This document shows positions 51,335-56,300 of a stretch of 56,300 nucleotides of DNA, in pieces. Both the position numbers and the translations under genes were made by a program. The DNA is from Octopus bimaculoides (Eukaryota): positions 153,499,938 through 153,556,237 of the forward strand of contig NC_068982.1 in the NCBI RefSeq assembly GCF_001194135.2, in the 5' to 3' direction. The notes beneath the pieces are model-generated. The model saw only the letters and a list, made by a program, of their open reading frames with translations. It was not told the origin of the DNA and searched no databases. Numbering within the stretch: the first letter of the stretch is position 1; each line of letters opens with the position of its first letter.

Positions 51335-52640
51335 GCTAACATATTTCTGTGCATCTAATTTAATTTGCTTGTGTGTCTTCTCATTATTCCAATCTTTTCC
51401 CCAACATTTTCCCCCAGCATTTTCAGCTTCTTCCATAGGGGAAGGGTCTTCAATGGTTATTTTCTCCCTTTTTTCTGTAAAATGTTTTGGCATTGTTTGT
51501 GAACAGTTTATTTTTCTCGTAAAAATTGGTTATTTTCACAAACACTCCTATTCTTTGAGCTTCTGCTTGTACTTTCTGTTTCCGTGTTTTTTTGTTGTTG
51601 TTTTTTTGTTGTTGATAAAAGTTCTCTTTATAAAAATCCATATTATCTCTTCACCTTTCTTCCTTTGCTGGATTTTACATCTTTTCCACCGATTAAATCA
51701 TTTAATACTGATATTTCTCCTCTCATTATTTCAATCGCTTTTTCAAATTTAGTCCTCCAGTTTGGATTTCTTTTTAGATTTGGATTTCTTTTAATTTTTT
51801 TTTTTCTTTAGTGGCACACATCTTGTTTCAGTTGCTTTGATAGATGCGTAAATAATTTCATTTCACTCAGTAAGATCATGTTTTTATTCTTCTACTACTT
51901 CCTATGTCACATAGTTGCCAATTTTAATTTGTTGTCTTTTTGGTTTTGACAGTTTATGAAGTGGTTCTCTATCATTCATACTTGTAAGTCTTACGACTGC
52001 AAACTCATTCAGATTTTTTTGCCGTGTTTCTCTTAGTCTCTGTATTCTTCAGTAGATGTGTGATCTGCACATAGTTTTTTTTATACTTTCCTGACAAGCA
52101 TTATTAGATTCATTAGAACTTGTCTTTTATTCATGCTTTTGCGTGATTTGGTCAGATGACGTTCATTCAATTAAGACTCGTGGCGGGCTACTCTCTTCAT
52201 CTGTTTCTTCATTTCCTTCCCTTATATTTAGGTCATTTTCCACTGCGTGCTTGGTCGCAATTATTTTGGTATCTGTATGTCTATTAATTCTGAAGATATC
52301 ACTCCTAACATTTTCTAACTTGTTTTAATCTAAATAGGATCTGCTATCTTGATTTCGCTTTCTGCATATTTTTAAGAGTTTGCGGAAAGGCCAACCTAAT
52401 GCATAATAGTAAGCATATGTTATTTTATTATCCCCCCGGCTCCACTTTATCATTTTACATTTTGCTTTCTTGTAGCGGCTGTGGTGGAGAACTTGGAGGG
52501 TTCGAATTGGAGCAGATCCCGTTCAAGTGACTATCTACGTTCATGTTCCAAAGAGAGTTTGTGCCAGTGGATGACTTTTCGACCTCAAGTGGGATCCCTA
52601 CTGAAAGACGTGCTTCCAGATGCACGCTAGGACAAGCCAT
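51335..52640 (-). mobile_element. R4/Dong-type LINE, N-terminal ORF region (RT/RLE lost)
   Basis: KWSRGD..YAYYYALG, YLD*NKLENVRSDIF, REPLHKL, NEIIYAS, PNWRTKFEKAIEIMRGEIS, KQKVQAEAQRI..NKLFTNNAKTFY. Confidence 0.8.
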
Positions 52641-52881
52641 TTAGTGATCAGTTTTCATTTTCCATAAAACATTATTTTGAGTTACGTTAATATTATTATT
52701 GAGGCTTGAGTGGTTAATAAAGAAACGAGCAATTCCTCTATTGTTGACCGCTATTACTATTATCGTCATTACTAATGTCGTTATCTTTATTATTATTCTA
52801 TTATAGTAATTGAGGATGCTGCTGATTACCATTATTATTGTTATCGTTTTGGTCCCTATGGATACCTACACTAGCCTAAAT

Positions 52882-53090
52882 GGCTGCCTGGCAGAATCGT
52901 TAGCACGCCAGACAGAATGCTTATCAGCCTGTCGTCTTTACGTTTTGAATTCAAATTTTGCCGAGGTTGACTGTACATTGTATCCCTATGCGGTCGACGA
53001 AATAAGTACCAATTGAGTACTGGGATAGATGTAATTGGCCATCTCCTCTACCAAACTTTCAGGCTGTGCGCCTTTAATAGAAAAGATCGT
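52882..53090 (+). mobile_element. SINE family B, full length
   Basis: ctggcagaatcgttagcacgcc...tttacgttttgaattcaaattttgccgaggttgac...aaataagtaccaattgagtactggg. Confidence 0.85.
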
Positions 53091-53164
53091 TAACTATTAT
53101 TATTATTGTTGTAGTTGTTATTTTTGTTGCTATTTTTGCTGTTATTGTTGTTATCAATAATATT

Positions 53165-53705
53165 ACTTCGTGAAGTAGTGTTGATGGAAAATACAGCGGT
53201 GTATTTAGTGATCCGTCAAGTTAAAACAAGGGGCTCAGACAGATGATACTTTCCTCAAAATGTGTGCAGTTCCTATCTAAGCTGATTTCTGTATGACACC
53301 AATCTTGCATAGTCTTCCCAACTGCTTTAAGAAGATTTGAACGTAACAATTGAATTGACCCTAATGCCCCGATCACAACTAGTATCATTTTACTTTATCC
53401 TCTCGAATTCCACACAGTCTTGTTATCTCCACTTTCAATTCGAAGTGCTTTTTGATATTTTTCAACCTCTTTACTCCTTCAGGAGGAGAGTGATTTCTGG
53501 TCGGTTCAATTCAGCTTTTTGTGTGTGTGTGTATTTCCAGGTCCCATGTGAGTGAGTTTCACCTGATCATTTTCTAATACTAGCAAAGCGTGGTGCTCAT
53601 ACAACTTGGAACATTCTAACTCATACTACTTGCACAACTCCCAGTGTAATTGCACTGCTATTTTGTCATGGCACATTACTTTGATGGCATGCGCTGCACT
53701 CTCAC
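53165..53705 (-). mobile_element. R4/Dong-type LINE 3' fragment (RLE)
   Basis: SEC, HDKIAVQLHWELCK, LNRPEI, LKVEITRL, LVVIGALGSI, IQKSA*IGTAHILRKV, then 3'UTR into ATT-like repeats. Confidence 0.8.
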
Positions 53706-53724
53706 TCAATAATGGATACATGAA

Positions 53725-54115
53725 TAAGTGAACAAAGAACTAGAAAAGATTGAAAAGTACAGACTACTAAAAGAGGAAATTGCAAGAATGTGGACTATGA
53801 GGTGAGTGTGAGTGTCTGTCATTCCAGTAGTTGTAGGGGCACTCGGAGCACTAGCAACCAAGTTCGAGAAATATATCAGAGAAATCGGAAATGCCGTGTG
53901 GCCAGAACAAGCCATCAAAATCGCTCTGCTGGAGACAGCTAGGATTTTGAGATCGGTACTTGGATGCATGCTGAATGTCTCCTATGATATGTAACAATCA
54001 AGTACCGAAGCTTATACTGTGCAGAAAGAGACCCTGTGAGACGTCTGACAGCAGATTGCTGTCCGCTCTCACAGAACCTACTAGAACAAACAAGATCGGA
54101 CGCTCTGAGAAGTAA
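53725..54115 (+). mobile_element. R4/Dong-type LINE 3' fragment (RLE end + 3'UTR)
   Basis: KELEKIEKYRLLKEEIARMW, VIPVVVGALGAL, KIALLETARILRSVL. Followed by (AAC)(AAT)(GAT)(AAT)n at 54116-54268. Confidence 0.85.
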
Positions 54116-54147
54116 AACAACAACAACAATAATAATAATAACGATGG

Positions 54148-54185
<38 letters not shown>

Positions 54186-54197
54186 CTGATGATGATG

Positions 54198-54262
<65 letters not shown>

Positions 54263-54419
54263 TATAATAGAGAGAACAGTGGGGACATTTAACATGCGAG
54301 AGCGAGAAAACACCGCTCCGAAATCTATCTAAACACATTGGGAATAAAGACAACTGACAGTGTTGGACTATATCCGACCAAGTGATACTCATTTAAAGTG
54401 TTGGACTACATCCGAGAAA

Positions 54420-54476
54420 GTACATACCGCTAAGCATTTCATCCAGCACGCTAACGATTCTGCCAGCTAACCGCCT
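54420..54476 (-). mobile_element. SINE family B, 5' head only
   Basis: Reverse complement aggcggttagctggcagaatcgttagcgtgctggatgaaatgcttagcgg. Confidence 0.75.
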
Positions 54477-54523
54477 TAATAATAACAATGATGATTATAA
54501 TAATATAAATAATAATAATAATG

Positions 54524-54597
<74 letters not shown>
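54477..54597. repeat. (AAT)n microsatellite (partly imperfect)
   Basis: Read directly. Confidence 0.95.
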
Positions 54598-54599
<2 letters not shown>

Positions 54600-54965
54600 C
54601 TGGAAATAGAGGTAACTAAGACCTGGAAATAGAGGTAACTAAGACCTAGAAATAGAGGTAACGAAGACCTGGAAATAGAGGTAACTCGAATGTGGAATCT
54701 AAAAACAGAAACAATTCCTATCATAGTAGGTGCCTTAGGTATAATAAAAAAATATTCAGACAAATACATAACAAAAACACCAGGACTTACAAATATATAT
54801 AACATACAGAAAATTGCACTACTGGGCACTGCACACATCCTACGCAAAACACTTTCAATAGAGTAACCATAAGAACATCACAGCAAACCACAGCACATAC
54901 CCAAGGCGCACAGAGCTGCGCCCGGTAGTGAAGTGAAAGCACGTTATAAAAATAAAACTACTGAA
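54598..54965 (+). mobile_element. Young 5'-truncated R4/Dong-type insertion with 4x23-bp repeat at its 5' junction
   Basis: Stop-free KDLEIEVTRMWNLKTETIPIIVGALGIIKK...IQKIALLGTAHILRKTLSI, then 3'UTR, (AAT)n on both sides. Confidence 0.9.
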
Positions 54966-55928
54966 CAATAATAATAATAATAATAATAATAACAACAATA
55001 ATGATTCTATGAATATACTATTATGGTTGATATTGTTATAGTTTTTATTGTCACCGTTATTATGGTTGCTATTGTTACTTTTAGGGCACTTTTAATCGAA
55101 CGTATTTCATCATTTTCATACATCTTTTATATCCAAAATACATCTTGTTTCAAAACGCCACGACGTGATTTCAGTTGCATTCTAATTATTTATTTCAAAT
55201 ATATTCAGCAGCTCGTTTACTTGTGTATTTGTGTTATTGTGGGTCTGCTGTTAGTATTGACAAAGGTATTGCCATCAATACTGCCATATATATGTATTCC
55301 CGGATACTACGGTTTATGTCAATTCGTTATTTCAAAAGAAATATTTATTTATTAGTAATATGCGATGTGCTAATTTATACAATTGTGCTGTGGTCTGCTT
55401 TTTTTTTAATCCTCAGTTAAAAAGAAAACATGAATGGCATTCTTTTTTCATGTTACTAATTAGAGGCATGCAGATCATGGAAATGAAGTTAAAACGGTGT
55501 GATGCTTACGAACAATAGGTATGTAACGTAATCCCATTGGCTTTAGAGATTTCTTTATATTACATTCTGTATACAGTTTGAATATCAACAAGATCTGTCA
55601 GGTAGCGAATGGCATCTTCAAATAATCTTTTTTTTTTTGTAAAATGTAGTAAAAGGAAAAAGAAAGTCTGGTAAATAGTTGAAATGGAGAGAAATATATG
55701 AGATGTATTTATTAGGACGAGAAAAAACTGATAGAAAGTCAAAGGGAGAGGGAGACTGAGAGAGAAATTAAGCGAAATTGTGCATATATGACGCCGTTTG
55801 ATTATTTATAAATGTACGTGTGAAGTAGTTACAATACACACAAACACACATATACGCACGAACATAGATACGTACGTACGTATGTGTGTTTGTTTTGTTA
55901 TTGTTTGATTTAAGGTCAAGTTATATAT

Positions 55929-56141
55929 TGGTTTCAAATTGTGGCAAAAGCCAGCAAGTTCAGAAGACGGAGTAAATCGATTACATCGACCCCAGTGCTC
56001 AGCTGGTACCTATCTTATCGGCCCCGGCAGGATGAAAAGTAAAATCGACCCCGACGAAATTTGAACTCAGAACGTAAAGACTGGCGAAATACTGCTAAGC
56101 ATTTTGCCTGGCAAGGTAACGATTTTGCCAGCTCATCATCT
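55929..56141 (-). mobile_element. SINE family B, full length
   Basis: Reverse complement gagctggcaaaatcgttacc...tttacgttctgagttcaaatttcg...gtcgatgtaatcgat...tttgaaacca. Confidence 0.85.
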
Positions 56142-56300
56142 TTATGTCAAATTACATATTAAAAATACAATTTAGCATTAAAATGAGAAGGATTACTGTA
56201 TATTTTATAGGAGACTACATGTTTATTAAACTTTTACCAGAAAAAGGTTGTTGATTTCGAAGCTTTGGCTTGCTCGCCTGTTTTAAACTGTGGCATATAT

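Noticed and set aside
52480-52720. Plus-strand terminal exon (strong acceptor ttgctttcttgtAG, downstream AATAAA)
   Set aside because: It is the antisense of the A-rich N-terminal region of the Dong element at 51335-52640.
54598-54690. 23-bp x4 repeat as a CRISPR-like array
   Set aside because: There are no spacers, the context is eukaryotic, and the unit is LINE coding sequence.

Overview
Non-bacterial, very AT-rich (~30-35% GC by eye), microsatellite-rich animal genomic DNA with seven N-gaps, typical of a short-read assembly. The SINE/LINE inventory is most consistent with a coleoid cephalopod (Octopus-like); this is inference, not a database result. I could not confidently identify any host protein-coding gene, intact tRNA/rRNA gene or CRISPR array, and most ORFs in the supplied track are microsatellite, N-run or TE artefacts. 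The window is a graveyard of mobile elements. It holds about nine fragments of R4/Dong-type (RT + restriction-like endonuclease) LINEs sitting at (AAT)n tracts, one decayed Penelope-like element (RT + GIY-YIG) plus a second GIY-YIG C-terminal fragment, and CR1 and L1/Tx1-like fragments. It also holds four mariner (DD34D-type) relics, one maT (DD37D) relic, a Helitron Rep/PIF1 fragment, a Helentron-type HINE, a hairpin MITE and at least three tRNA-derived SINE families. The most interesting structure is at 7.7-10.0 kb: a module made of a tRNA-like Pol III head, an (AAT)n tract and a minimal, loop-less (dimer-type) hammerhead ribozyme. It occurs as the 3' repeat of the Penelope element and also as a separate 431-bp palindromic insertion with a 13-bp target-site duplication. 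A second, unrelated minimal hammerhead lies at 35.3 kb.
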